Shown piece after piece: positions 27,447 through 36,864 of a stretch of DNA of 48,593 nucleotides (the stretch's first letter is position 1; the number at the start of each line of letters is the position of its first letter). The stretch comes from a virus (Duplodnaviria; Caudoviricetes): IMG/VR virus record IMGVR_UViG_3300033513_000012, positions 1-48,593 of that record; one strand, given 5' to 3'. A program made the position numbers and the translations under genes. Below the pieces are notes generated by a model. That model searched no databases and was not told the origin of the DNA. It saw nothing but the letters and a program-made list of their open reading frames with translations.

Positions 27447-28677
27447 TATATTTAACGCCGTTCTTTTTTATTTTACATTTTTTATTATTTTCTTTAGCCC
27501 ATTTAACAAATCTATAAACTATTACATCGCAATATTTTGGATCTATTTCCATGCCTCGCGAGTTTCGATTTAATTTTTCACAAGCGATTATTGTCGTACC
27601 TGATCCCATAAAGGGATCGTATATTATATCTTCTTCCTTGCTTGAATTAGAAATTAAGTAAGCCATTAAATCAACCGGTTTCATCGTAGGATGTTCCGCA
27701 TTACGCGACGGGCGAGAATAATCTAGTATCGTCGTTTGCTTCCGATCCGCATACCACAGGTGAGCCGCGCCTTCTTTCCATCCGTATAAACAAGGTTCGT
27801 GCTGCCATTGATAATCCTGGCGCCCCATTACCATAGTCTGCTTTTTCCATATCAGACATTGGCGCACGTACAATCCGGATTCTTGACAAGCATTTCTAAC
27901 ATTAAAGCCTTCGGAATCTGCATGCCATATATAAAAGGCCGCTCCGGCTTTTATTATTTCTTTAGTAAGCTTAAATATATTTTCCAGGAATGTTTTATAA
28001 TTTTCTTTTGTTTGTTTGTCTCCTTTTATTTTTAAAGCGGCTTTCGTTTTCCCGCTATAATTCACGTTATAAGGAGGATCAGTTATTAGCAGATCCGCCT
28101 TTTCCGTTTTCATTATTTTCGTTATTGCATTTTGATCTCCGGCATCCCCACATATTATTTTATGCGTCACCTTGCCTGTTGTTAATTCGTATATATCGCC
28201 TATTTGAGTTATGCAAGGAACATCTTCGATTATATCATCATCGCCAATAGTATCTTTTATTGCATTTGCATTTCTTAAAATCCGTATTAGTTCATTATCC
28301 GACCAGGGTAATCCTTCCCCGAAATATTCATCATTCATCTGCAATTCGGCCAGCAATTTTGCTAAATCTATTTCATCAGATTTTCCTCTTGTTTCATTCA
28401 TAATTATAGTTAATGTTTTTGCTTCTTCATCGGTTAAATCCAGGACGTTTATTGAAACCTCTTTGAACCCTTCTTCTATAGCCGCCTTCCATCTATGTTC
28501 GCCATCTATTATTTCATAACGATCTCCGTGTATTCTTGTCGTCACGGGATCTACAAAGCCGAAACGTTTAATACTTTTTCGTTCAGCTTCAAATACCTTT
28601 TTTGTCATTTTGTTAGGATTCCAAGGATTGGGGTCTAAAAGATTTATAGGCACTTTTTTAACGTTCAGCTTCACCAT
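27424..28677 (-). CDS. ParB/Srx N-terminal domain fused to an N4/N6 DNA methyltransferase
   Basis: PNPWNPN and IIDGEHRW; DPPY, HPTMKP and DPFMGSGTT. Confidence 0.92.
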   Translation of the reverse strand: MVKLNVKKVPINLLDPNPWNPNKMTKKVFEAERKSIKRFGFVDPVTTRIHGDRYEIIDGEHRWKAAIEEGFKEVSINVLDLTDEEAKTLTIIMNETRGKSDEIDLAKLLAELQMNDEYFGEGLPWSDNELIRILRNANAIKDTIGDDDIIEDVPCITQIGDIYELTTGKVTHKIICGDAGDQNAITKIMKTEKADLLITDPPYNVNYSGKTKAALKIKGDKQTKENYKTFLENIFKLTKEIIKAGAAFYIWHADSEGFNVRNACQESGLYVRQCLIWKKQTMVMGRQDYQWQHEPCLYGWKEGAAHLWYADRKQTTILDYSRPSRNAEHPTMKPVDLMAYLISNSSKEEDIIYDPFMGSGTTIIACEKLNRNSRGMEIDPKYCDVIVYRFVKWAKENNKKCKIKKNGVKYNVEEKNA

Positions 28678-28693
28678 TCCCTGGCTCCTAACT

Positions 28694-28715
28694 TGAGGGG
28701 GCTAATGCCCCCTCA
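28694..28715. terminator. Perfect 9-bp GC hairpin at the replication/packaging boundary
   Basis: TGAGGGGGC-TAAT-GCCCCCTCA; no U-tract, so it may be a pause or processing site. Confidence 0.4.
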
Positions 28716-28722
28716 GAATGAT

Positions 28723-29445
28723 TTATGCGATCACTACAAAATCCGGTAGATATTCCTGGAGGTACTTTTTTATCCGATCTATGGCTTCGTACTTCCAACG
28801 CCCGCCGTCTGCCTCGAAAAGCGCGCAGGCAATCTCCTGGCCTTGTTCCTTCATGCGGAACAGCATCTCCGATTCCGGTTGTTCGATTTCCAGGAAGGTC
28901 CTGAATGGCCGAAGTTTCACCGATTTCGGAGCGGACTTGATCTCCGTTATGGCGCCGGAAACGCTCTTCTTAACCGTCGCTACCTGCGTTATGCCATCGT
29001 CTTCCTTGGTGATTCCGTTTTCTATCGTCACCTTGGAGACGAATTTGCATAGCCGCTCGTTGTCGTCCGAACCTGCGAATTGGGAATTCAGACGGATAAT
29101 GAATTCCTCCACCGGCATGAATTTCCCGAATGGATATTCGGCTGTTTCGTCTAGCCCGGTAGCGATGTATGTATCGCGCCGGCGAAGCTCCGGGGAAAGC
29201 TCGGATAGGACGCTTACGGTTTTGTAATCTACGACATGGATGATCACCCCCGTTGCCGTAATTGCGTCTTGGTTCTTCGTGAGAAAATCCACGATTGCCG
29301 TTAGGCTATGCGTCTCGAGCGCTTCGGCCCTTGGCTCGAAGATCACCGGCTCGAGGTTTTTGGCCGAATATTGACGTCCCTCGATTTCGACGATGAACGA
29401 ATCCCTAACCAGGGATTCGATTTTCTCGATTGCGTCCTTATCCAT
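28723..29445 (-). CDS. Conserved phage protein (partner of the adjacent 118-aa gene)
   Basis: DDGITQ and LRPFRTFLEIEQPES motifs common in phage replication regions. Confidence 0.65.
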   Translation of the reverse strand: MDKDAIEKIESLVRDSFIVEIEGRQYSAKNLEPVIFEPRAEALETHSLTAIVDFLTKNQDAITATGVIIHVVDYKTVSVLSELSPELRRRDTYIATGLDETAEYPFGKFMPVEEFIIRLNSQFAGSDDNERLCKFVSKVTIENGITKEDDGITQVATVKKSVSGAITEIKSAPKSVKLRPFRTFLEIEQPESEMLFRMKEQGQEIACALFEADGGRWKYEAIDRIKKYLQEYLPDFVVIA

Positions 29446-29801
29446 TATTCTCCCCCTGCCGTTTTCTTAAACGGCGTGACGTTGTCGGGCTCTATAAGCT
29501 CCGGCTGCTTGACGTCGGCCGTATACGCGGTGATCTTGGCGCCATCGTTTCCGAACAGGACGAATCCTTCATGCGGCTTGATCGGCGCGTATTTCCCGGT
29601 AACGGCGATTTGTGTGATTGCGCTTTCTCGCGTCTCGTTGGGCCGCACCTTGATCTTGATGGTGATCTCGCGTACTAGTTCCGCCTTGGTGTTTGGGTCG
29701 GCTATGTTCGCGAGCAACTTCTTGAGCTCGGCGTCGAATAGTTCTTCGACGGCTCCCGAGTTCAGATTGGCCAGACTGGCCTCTTGATAAGACCCCTGCA
29801 T
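29445..29801 (-). CDS. Conserved phage protein (often labelled replication terminator-like)
   Basis: GAVEELFDAEL...NIADPNT...REITIKIK motif. Confidence 0.65.
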   Translation of the reverse strand: MQGSYQEASLANLNSGAVEELFDAELKKLLANIADPNTKAELVREITIKIKVRPNETRESAITQIAVTGKYAPIKPHEGFVLFGNDGAKITAYTADVKQPELIEPDNVTPFKKTAGGE

Positions 29802-29812
29802 TCCTTCCTCCT

Positions 29813-30193
29813 CTAAAACGGTATGTCGTCGGTGAATGCTTCACCGCGATTCCCTTCATTCTGTTCGGCGCCCTTCGGGGTTTCGGCGCCTTTAGGAGCC
29901 AATGACAGATCGATCAGATTTATCACCATCTTCCGTTTAGTCTCCCCGTCTTTCTCCCAGGTTTCCTCTTCCAAAGTTCCCGCCACGACAACGCGTTTGC
30001 CTTTCAGCAAATATTGCGCTACGGCAGCGTATCGCTTTCCCCATCCCTTGCATTCGATAAACAGGGTCCGTTCTTTGCCTTGTGAAACATAACGGGAATT
30101 CGCTATTTTGAATTGCGTGACCTTATACTCTCCGACGGTTTTAAGTTCGGCATCGGCCACAACATTCCCTTCGAGTAAAATGGAATTGATCAC
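29813..30193 (-). CDS. ssb: Single-stranded DNA-binding protein
   Basis: N...L.GNV..DAE OB fold, YLLKGKRVVVAG, C-terminal DDIPF; GTGA-coupled. Confidence 0.92.
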   Translation of the reverse strand: MINSILLEGNVVADAELKTVGEYKVTQFKIANSRYVSQGKERTLFIECKGWGKRYAAVAQYLLKGKRVVVAGTLEEETWEKDGETKRKMVINLIDLSLAPKGAETPKGAEQNEGNRGEAFTDDIPF

Positions 30194-30414
30194 TTTCCAT
30201 CCCTTTCGTACATCGCTTGCCTTAGGTACATGCACAAATCCACGGCCTCTTGGTAAGCGTCCATCAATGCATCGCGGCCATTATGAGCGCGAAGTTCGAT
30301 TCCGTATTTCAACTTTCCAGCATTTGCTCGAGCCTCGAAATCTTCTCGAACCAACTCTAAAATTATTTTTCCGTCACCCTTTGGCGATGGCTGTGGAATT
30401 GCAGATTTAAGCAT
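30190..30414 (-). CDS. Small all-alpha protein, MazG / NTP-pyrophosphatase-like fold
   Basis: R...G..KYG..L...NGRDAL.DAYQE..D...YL motif. Confidence 0.5.
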   Translation of the reverse strand: MLKSAIPQPSPKGDGKIILELVREDFEARANAGKLKYGIELRAHNGRDALMDAYQEAVDLCMYLRQAMYERDGK

Positions 30415-31303
30415 TCCCTTTCCCCGCATATCGTCGCCGTAAGATTCGATAATCATCATCTTTCGTCCCGCCGAAGGCAACGAAATCGCATTTACCAGCG
30501 AGCCGGCTTACGACCGAATAATCGAACTTAGCCGAAAGTTCGGCCATTCCCGTGAGGTTCGTCGTTCCCACCAGGGCGATGCCTTCGCGGACGCAGGCAT
30601 CGTAAAAGGCGAATACTTGGCTGCGCGCCCACTCCTTGTCGGTCTGCACTTTATCGAGATCGTCTATAACGACAAGATTGCACGAAAGAAGCGCTTCTAT
30701 AAATCCGCGATCTCCGCTAGCCCGGATTATTTCGCCAAGCATGTCGGCCATAGCGACGAACCGCGCCTTGGCGCCCTTCTCGACCGCGTCGCGCATCACG
30801 GAAACAGCACACCGCGTCTTCCCGGTCCCAACGCCGCCGCACAGCACTATCCCGCGGCCATCGCGCCAGGCCTCCGATTTCGACCATTCGCAGGCGCGCT
30901 TCATCGCGTCGTTTATGGGCCCTCTAACCGAGTAGTCCCAATTTTTCCACGTTGAATCGCTTTCTACGCCCGGGACTCCCGCCGCCACAAGCGCCGCGCG
31001 GATGCCGCCGTCGCCAGCCACCTTTGCGCGTTCGACCTTGGAATCGGCCAAGCATCCGCAATCGGGGGCGTAGTAAAAGAATTCCCCAAGCAGGCCAACA
31101 ATCACGTTCCCATTCTCGTCCTTAACATCCCCCGATACGTGCCTTTTAACCCATTCCCTGCCGCATTTGGGGCAGGGACCGCCCTTCTCTTCCATTTCGA
31201 CGGCTAGAATATCTTCTTCCGGCGCCCCGGATCTGCGAAGGGCTAGCGCAAGACGGCGTCCGGTTTCGACGGCATATTCCTGCGTGATCGGCGCGGGGAA
31301 CAT
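30407..31303 (-). CDS. DnaC/IstB-like AAA+ helicase loader
   Basis: GGVGTGKT, VIDDLD, GTTNL, N-terminal Cys motifs; follows the initiator; start uncertain. Confidence 0.88.
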   Translation of the reverse strand: MFPAPITQEYAVETGRRLALALRRSGAPEEDILAVEMEEKGGPCPKCGREWVKRHVSGDVKDENGNVIVGLLGEFFYYAPDCGCLADSKVERAKVAGDGGIRAALVAAGVPGVESDSTWKNWDYSVRGPINDAMKRACEWSKSEAWRDGRGIVLCGGVGTGKTRCAVSVMRDAVEKGAKARFVAMADMLGEIIRASGDRGFIEALLSCNLVVIDDLDKVQTDKEWARSQVFAFYDACVREGIALVGTTNLTGMAELSAKFDYSVVSRLAGKCDFVAFGGTKDDDYRILRRRYAGKGNA

Positions 31304-31319
31304 CTTCACCACCTCAGAT

Positions 31320-31335
31320 TGTTTCACGTGAAACA
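31320..31335. promoter_or_regulatory. parS: parS site (chromosomal consensus)
   Basis: Perfect palindrome TGTTTCACGTGAAACA. Confidence 0.8.
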
Positions 31336-32100
31336 TGCCTGGTCCATTCTGGCGAAGAATTCGCGGTCCTCTGGATTTACTTTGGGCGAAGCCTTTGAAC
31401 TCACTATTTCGTCGTAATGTAGTACGAAGGCGGAAAATGAGCGTTCGCCGTTCTTGGCAAACCACCACGAATCGATCGAAAAGAACTTCCGAACCGCTGC
31501 AACCACCTCCTCCGCGGGGTGGCTACTAAGCAACTGCTTGATGTCTTTGAAGTCGCGCCCTCTCCAGGTCGGCTTCTTGCCGGTTGCCCGGCCGTATTCC
31601 TCCTGGAATGCGTCGGATACGGTTTGCTGGCTTCTGGCGACTTGGGAAATTGGCTCCTCGGGGATATTAAGACTTGTAGTATTAAGCTCTCTTGTAGTAT
31701 TAGCTCCAAGTTTTCTTGGAGTGGGTGGTCCCGGTTTTTTTGGAGTGGCCACTCTAAGTTTTTTTGGAGTGGGTATCTCCGAACTCGGCGCGAAATCCGC
31801 CTCCGAAAGGCTTATTCGCCGCGTCGTTCCTTCGGAAGTCTTCTTATATGCGATTTTCACAAATCCGACCTTGGCGAGACTTCCGATCCATCCGGACACG
31901 GCATTTTCGGAAACTTCGTAAAGTTTTGCGAAATACGCATTTGATGCCCAACAGTACCCTTCCTTACCGGACAACGCGGTTATTTCGCCATACAGAAGTT
32001 TCGCATTCGCCGATAGTTCGGCGCAGTACCTTACCTTGGCCGGGATTATGGCGTAATATCCCGGTTTTTCTTCCGGCTCGTCGAATAGCGCTTCCGACAT
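31324..32100 (-). CDS. Replication initiator (HTH_36 / replisome-organiser-like)
   Basis: YYAIIPAKVRY..LSANAKLLYGEITAL..GYCWASNAYFAKLY; GGGAGG RBS; internal iterons. Confidence 0.88.
   Translation of the reverse strand: MSEALFDEPEEKPGYYAIIPAKVRYCAELSANAKLLYGEITALSGKEGYCWASNAYFAKLYEVSENAVSGWIGSLAKVGFVKIAYKKTSEGTTRRISLSEADFAPSSEIPTPKKLRVATPKKPGPPTPRKLGANTTRELNTTSLNIPEEPISQVARSQQTVSDAFQEEYGRATGKKPTWRGRDFKDIKQLLSSHPAEEVVAAVRKFFSIDSWWFAKNGERSFSAFVLHYDEIVSSKASPKVNPEDREFFARMDQACFT
31673..31775. repeat. Iterons / probable replication origin inside the initiator gene
   Basis: T-tract+TGGAGTGG x3 at 24-bp period (31717, 31741, 31765); CTTGTAGTATTA x2 (31673, 31691). Confidence 0.75.
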
Positions 32101-32113
32101 GACTCCCTCCCTT

Positions 32114-32158
32114 AAAAAAAAGCCCCAGGACAGCGCCCTTCACGCGCCGCCCCGGAGC
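32114..32158 (-). terminator. Intrinsic terminator / attenuator directly upstream of the initiator RBS
   Basis: 15-bp stem with four G-U pairs (strand-specific), loop GUGAAGG, U8 tail. Confidence 0.8.
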
Positions 32159-32335
32159 AAAAACCGATACTTTTAGCGGGATGCCGTGAAGGGGCTCCCG
32201 AAAAATGAAAAAGCGTCCGGTTACTCCCCGCCGGGTGGCAACCGGGGTCCCGTGATGGTAAAGGACCACAACGGGAAGTAACTAGACGCTCTTGTATCAT
32301 ACCACCACCTGTCCCTTTGAGGTAGCCAACCTCGC
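32114..32335 (-). ncRNA. Structured 5' leader of the replication operon
   Basis: Hairpins at about 32319-32333, 32248-32276, 32217-32245 and 32177-32200, then the terminator; complementary loops. Confidence 0.6.
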
Positions 32336-32339
32336 ACAT

Positions 32340-32777
<438 letters not shown>

Positions 32778-32826
32778 ACTTTCGCTCCTTTACAGTGCTA
32801 TCCATGCATCGGACATACGCCCGAGT

Positions 32827-33171
32827 TTATACCCGGAAAATCCTTAATAAAGGTATTTCGCCCTCTACTCTAAAACTGACCTCGGCTCCCTCGGTGAAAA
32901 TCCCCTCATCTATAACCTTTGATGGTATGTATAGAGAAATGCGAGATTGCCTGCGAACGACTTTATATTCTCCGTAAAGACCACCGGGCCAAGGCGATAC
33001 ACCCGGATTGGTAACAAGAAGATCCTTCCCGTCCTTGAATAAAAGGACTTCGTCTCCGAAATCCATTTCCCGGCGCACTTCTTTCGGGATTGGGATAAAA
33101 TGGGCGCTACCGCCGCGCACAACCTTTTTTATCGCTTCAAACTTCCTGTCCAACTTCTTCCTCCTTACCAA
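32827..33171 (-). CDS. Tandem AbrB/MazE-like DNA-binding protein
   Basis: Two KVVR....IP...(D/E)V repeats. Confidence 0.65.
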   Translation of the reverse strand: MVRRKKLDRKFEAIKKVVRGGSAHFIPIPKEVRREMDFGDEVLLFKDGKDLLVTNPGVSPWPGGLYGEYKVVRRQSRISLYIPSKVIDEGIFTEGAEVSFRVEGEIPLLRIFRV

Positions 33172-34051
33172 AGAATTCTCCCGAATTGTCGGGCTCGGGC
33201 CATTCTCGAGCCCGTTCTTCCCAGCAACGTTGGAGATATTGACAGTACATGCAATGCCAGTCCGAACGGTAAATTCTGCCGGCTTTCTGGAATTGCTCGC
33301 GGATCTCGCCCCCCTTTATCGCAACGGTATATGGCCGCTCCGGGAGTTCGCCGCTCGCGACGAGTCCCTCTATCATGCGGAAACGTTCGATGGCATTGCC
33401 AAAAACCTTCGGAGAAAATGTCCTCATCGTCTCGGCTTCTCCCCCCGGGAACATTCGCGACAGGCGAAATCCTTCTTCACCGACAGCCTCGAGACAGAAA
33501 AGAACTCGGTCCGCGTTATCGCGCGAGACGTACATCACATAGGCGCGGGATATCCCTTCCGGCGAAATGGCCGTCGACAGGGCAAGATAAATTATGGTCT
33601 GCATAAGGGCCGAATCCTTGGGACCATTGCGCTTTATTTCTCCCATTCCGCGCCCGAAAGCACTCTTGATTTCGACGATCGCCTTAGCCATATCGGAATC
33701 CGTTATGACGAGGTCCACGCGAAATCTTACCGGATAATCGAGGCCGGATATCGGAACTTCGCCCGACCTTACTTCTGTCGCTGCCGTAAATCCAGGCCAC
33801 GCAACTGCGGTCACCATATCGGGATCGTCCGCCACGCGGCCGAGGCGGACTTGGCAGAGCTCATGGATGGCGTTGCCGATGTTGATGCGCCAGTATCCCG
33901 TCGCATCGATCGGATTTGTCTCGGGCGTTTTAAGCCATTTATAAACGATCTTTCGCGGGCAATCCGTCACCTCGCTTGGCCAATGCGCGTCCTTTTTACG
34001 TCCGTCGCCATACGCGAAAGTTCGTTCGATTAAGTCTATAATATTCGTCAT
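33137..34051 (-). CDS. Cas4-like PD-(D/E)XK exonuclease
   Basis: PSE...CPRK, GNAIHE, D...EIKS, Q...Y, and C-terminal CxxC....C Fe-S ligands. Confidence 0.8.
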   Translation of the reverse strand: MTNIIDLIERTFAYGDGRKKDAHWPSEVTDCPRKIVYKWLKTPETNPIDATGYWRINIGNAIHELCQVRLGRVADDPDMVTAVAWPGFTAATEVRSGEVPISGLDYPVRFRVDLVITDSDMAKAIVEIKSAFGRGMGEIKRNGPKDSALMQTIIYLALSTAISPEGISRAYVMYVSRDNADRVLFCLEAVGEEGFRLSRMFPGGEAETMRTFSPKVFGNAIERFRMIEGLVASGELPERPYTVAIKGGEIREQFQKAGRIYRSDWHCMYCQYLQRCWEERAREWPEPDNSGEFFGKEEEVGQEV

Positions 34052-34081
34052 AGTATTCCTCCAATCATCTCTTGTTGAGAG

Positions 34082-34756
34082 TTATGCGCCGTTAAGAATT
34101 CGCGCCAAGTTCTTTTTCTGTACGACGGTCGTGAACTTCGAAAGCTCCTCGATGAGCGCGAGCACCTTCGCCGCGGATGGTTCGGGCAGTCCGTTTCGCC
34201 CCGAGTCGGCGCCTATGTTGACCTGGACGGGCTCGCATCGGCGAATCAGATTGAGCATCGGCTCAAGGTCGAAATCGAGAATGGGTTCGATGGTGACGAA
34301 GCGGCGAAAGTCAGAAAGTCGCTCCATGCCTATAGCTCGGGACTCCGCGGGGGGAGACGCTCCCTTGCACGGGTAGAAGCGATTCGTCTCGATCGTGGTG
34401 CAGGTGACGACTCGCTTCTTCACGATCCAGTCATCGAGAAGAAATTTCGCCATCCGCATAGGGTCCTTGCTCTGGAAGAGGAACAGGCTTGAATACCAGT
34501 TGCATTTCGTCAGGGTGTCGATGATCCACTGGCGCGGGATGCCCTCGGCGAACATGTCGCAGGATGATCCGACAAAAATGAAATTACCATCGCCTAAATC
34601 GGTCTTTAGTTCGCGTTCATCGAAATGGAGTTCGGGTTGTTTCCCCCAGCGTTTGCAGTAACAATAGGAGCAATTATGCGGGCATTCTCCTTTGATGGTG
34701 TTAAAAGTATGGCTTACAAAACTATACATGTTCCCGATCGATTTATTTAAGCCCAT
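34082..34756 (-). CDS. Gp37/Gp68 (DUF5131)-like radical SAM protein
   Basis: CPHNCSYCYC, FVGSSCDMF, TIEPIL and IGADSG. Confidence 0.8.
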   Translation of the reverse strand: MGLNKSIGNMYSFVSHTFNTIKGECPHNCSYCYCKRWGKQPELHFDERELKTDLGDGNFIFVGSSCDMFAEGIPRQWIIDTLTKCNWYSSLFLFQSKDPMRMAKFLLDDWIVKKRVVTCTTIETNRFYPCKGASPPAESRAIGMERLSDFRRFVTIEPILDFDLEPMLNLIRRCEPVQVNIGADSGRNGLPEPSAAKVLALIEELSKFTTVVQKKNLARILNGA

Positions 34757-35552
34757 CCTTTCCTTCCTTTTCGCCAGACCTATTATGTGCCGCCTCAACC
34801 TTTGGCCGGAGATGCGGGTATACCGCGAGGAACGCCTCCCACCCGTTGAGATGTTGCGCTACCTGTTCGCCCGCGCCGACGTGGCAAGAATCGCACAGCC
34901 GAAGTTTATTCCACGCCGTGTTGCTTCCCCCGGCGCCTTTGGAAACTATGTGCGCCATCGAACCGGGCTCCCCTTCCCCGAGCTTCCGCCCGCACGCTTC
35001 GCAGAACACAACGCGCCGACGGTATTCATCGTCGTCGGAATAATCGTCCGCTAATGGGTCGCCGCCCTGGGCCTTGAATCGCTCTTCATACCAGCGATGC
35101 CAATAGTCGGCTATGGATTCGGCAGACTCCATCTCGACGCCATGCTCGGCAAGCTCTTTAAACGTTCCCTCGATCAGCCGGCAAAACTCAAGTACGTTCA
35201 TATCCTTCGACCGCTTCGGAATTGCTAATTTTGAAATTGGTCCCTCAATTCTTGGTGCGTATATTCGCAGAAGTTCTTCGTGAACGTCGTCTTCATGCCC
35301 GTGCTCCTGGAATATCTCCCACGCGAGGATGTCGACGAGCGCCCAATAAAGCGCGTTCTGATCGAGGCTGCGTGGCTTGTGGTACATCTTGAAGGTCACT
35401 TCGATTAGCGGAACGCCACGCCCCTTGCTCTCCATCTGTTTCTTCTTGGCGAGGTATTTTGTCAGGAACGGTCGGAGCACAGCCCGATCGGATTCTTCGA
35501 TCTTTAGAGATACGTTGCCGCCCGACCCGGTACTGACGATCTTAGCCTTCAT
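34743..35552 (-). CDS. NinB-like domain fused to an HNH nuclease
   Basis: RSLDQNALYWA; CEACG...HIVSKGAGG...LCDSCH. Confidence 0.75.
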   Translation of the reverse strand: MKAKIVSTGSGGNVSLKIEESDRAVLRPFLTKYLAKKKQMESKGRGVPLIEVTFKMYHKPRSLDQNALYWALVDILAWEIFQEHGHEDDVHEELLRIYAPRIEGPISKLAIPKRSKDMNVLEFCRLIEGTFKELAEHGVEMESAESIADYWHRWYEERFKAQGGDPLADDYSDDDEYRRRVVFCEACGRKLGEGEPGSMAHIVSKGAGGSNTAWNKLRLCDSCHVGAGEQVAQHLNGWEAFLAVYPHLRPKVEAAHNRSGEKEGKDGLK

Positions 35553-36295
35553 CAGAACATCCCCGCGTTAACGAGTTTCGTCAGGCCTTTCTCTATACTC
35601 AGAAGATCATCGATTCCCTTGGCTGCCTCGACCTTTCGTATCGTATCTTGAACAATCTCCTCGTCGATGGTCTTCATTCTGCGGCCTTCACCTATTAGAC
35701 ATTTAATCCTGGCCTTCGCATCGATTTCGGCCTGCGATACGACCTTAGGTTCGGGTTCTGGCGCGAGCGCGACTTCCCCCTTCCCCGATCCCCCAGGAAG
35801 GGCCCACGCCGGAAGAGTCGGAGGTTCCCAATTGAACTTCGTCCCGTCCTTCGTCTTGCCGCGGTACGGCCCTCTCCCAATCGTGGCCATGGCCGATTCC
35901 AGATTATAGAGATAGCGGCCGATGCCCCATTGAACTGCTGCCCGCTTCATCGCCGCCGACAAGCCGCCCTTTACGTTGGAATCTACGTCGGGCTTGCCGT
36001 CTTCCGTTAGCGATGTGTTGGCGGCGCCGTCCCACTTCGTGATCCATCCGCGGTCTCCGAGCCATATCGACAGGCCGCACATCACCCCACCGGATGGGCC
36101 GGCGGCGAACTCGTTGCGCCAGTTAGCCGGTCCAAAACATTCGTCTAGCCGGTCCATTATGGCCCGATTCGACACATACGGAATTACGATTGCCCATATC
36201 CCTCGATCCGTGGACCCGCAAGATTGTATTCGCCATTCTATTTCATCGGCGGCAAATGGCCGGGCCAATTTTGCGAAATTCGCATCATCCATCAT
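35552..36295 (-). CDS. Rad52/Sak-family single-strand annealing protein
   Basis: PF...IEWR, Y...R.IMDRLD..FGPANW and KGGLS.AMKRAAVQWGIGRYLY. Confidence 0.9.
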   Translation of the reverse strand: MMDDANFAKLARPFAADEIEWRIQSCGSTDRGIWAIVIPYVSNRAIMDRLDECFGPANWRNEFAAGPSGGVMCGLSIWLGDRGWITKWDGAANTSLTEDGKPDVDSNVKGGLSAAMKRAAVQWGIGRYLYNLESAMATIGRGPYRGKTKDGTKFNWEPPTLPAWALPGGSGKGEVALAPEPEPKVVSQAEIDAKARIKCLIGEGRRMKTIDEEIVQDTIRKVEAAKGIDDLLSIEKGLTKLVNAGMF

Positions 36296-36864
36296 ATTGC
36301 TACTTCCAGCCTGCTGTGGTTGTAGAGATATCCCGATTCAAGCCACGAGTCCGCGCATTCGTCGGGATTTAGATTCTGGAGTTCCCTGATCACCGAGTCC
36401 ACGGCCTTCGGTAGCCGCTCCGCAAAGAGCTTCCTAAACCTCTCGACAATAGCCTCTTCCGGCATCTTCTCCGGACCCCACGAGGCGATGAGATATTCCT
36501 CCCCGTCCTTCTTTCCCTTCACCCCTATGGCGACGGGGTCGGGCAGCTTGTCGTGAAAGCGGATGTACACCTTGGTAAAGTCGCCCGTCATCTTAGCCAA
36601 GCTTATAAGCCCAAGGGCCTCGACCGGCGGTATGTCGTGCTGGTACTCGTCTATAGAGGACTCCTCTGGACAGAGCCACTTCAAGGCGTTCTTGAGCTGG
36701 TTTGACATCTTCGGATAACCGAAGGCCACCTTCTTGCCCGCGGCCATCTTCTCCAGCGCCGAGAATCCGCCCTCCTTTACGAGACGAAGCCACTCGTCAG
36801 CTTGCTTGCCGTCGATCAAGTCCTCGTGGTCCTTCAACCTGTAATCCGTAACTACAATTTCCAT
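36292..36864 (-). CDS. Hypothetical protein
   Basis: 190 aa; GAGGAGG RBS. Confidence 0.6.
   Translation of the reverse strand: MEIVVTDYRLKDHEDLIDGKQADEWLRLVKEGGFSALEKMAAGKKVAFGYPKMSNQLKNALKWLCPEESSIDEYQHDIPPVEALGLISLAKMTGDFTKVYIRFHDKLPDPVAIGVKGKKDGEEYLIASWGPEKMPEEAIVERFRKLFAERLPKAVDSVIRELQNLNPDECADSWLESGYLYNHSRLEVAI

Noticed and set aside
27424-28677. Phage-encoded partition ParB
   Set aside because: Only the N-terminal ParB/Srx domain fused to a methylase; no HTH or ParA partner seen
33008-34033. 341-aa plus-strand ORF
   Set aside because: Fully antisense to the Cas4-like gene, with no recognisable motif
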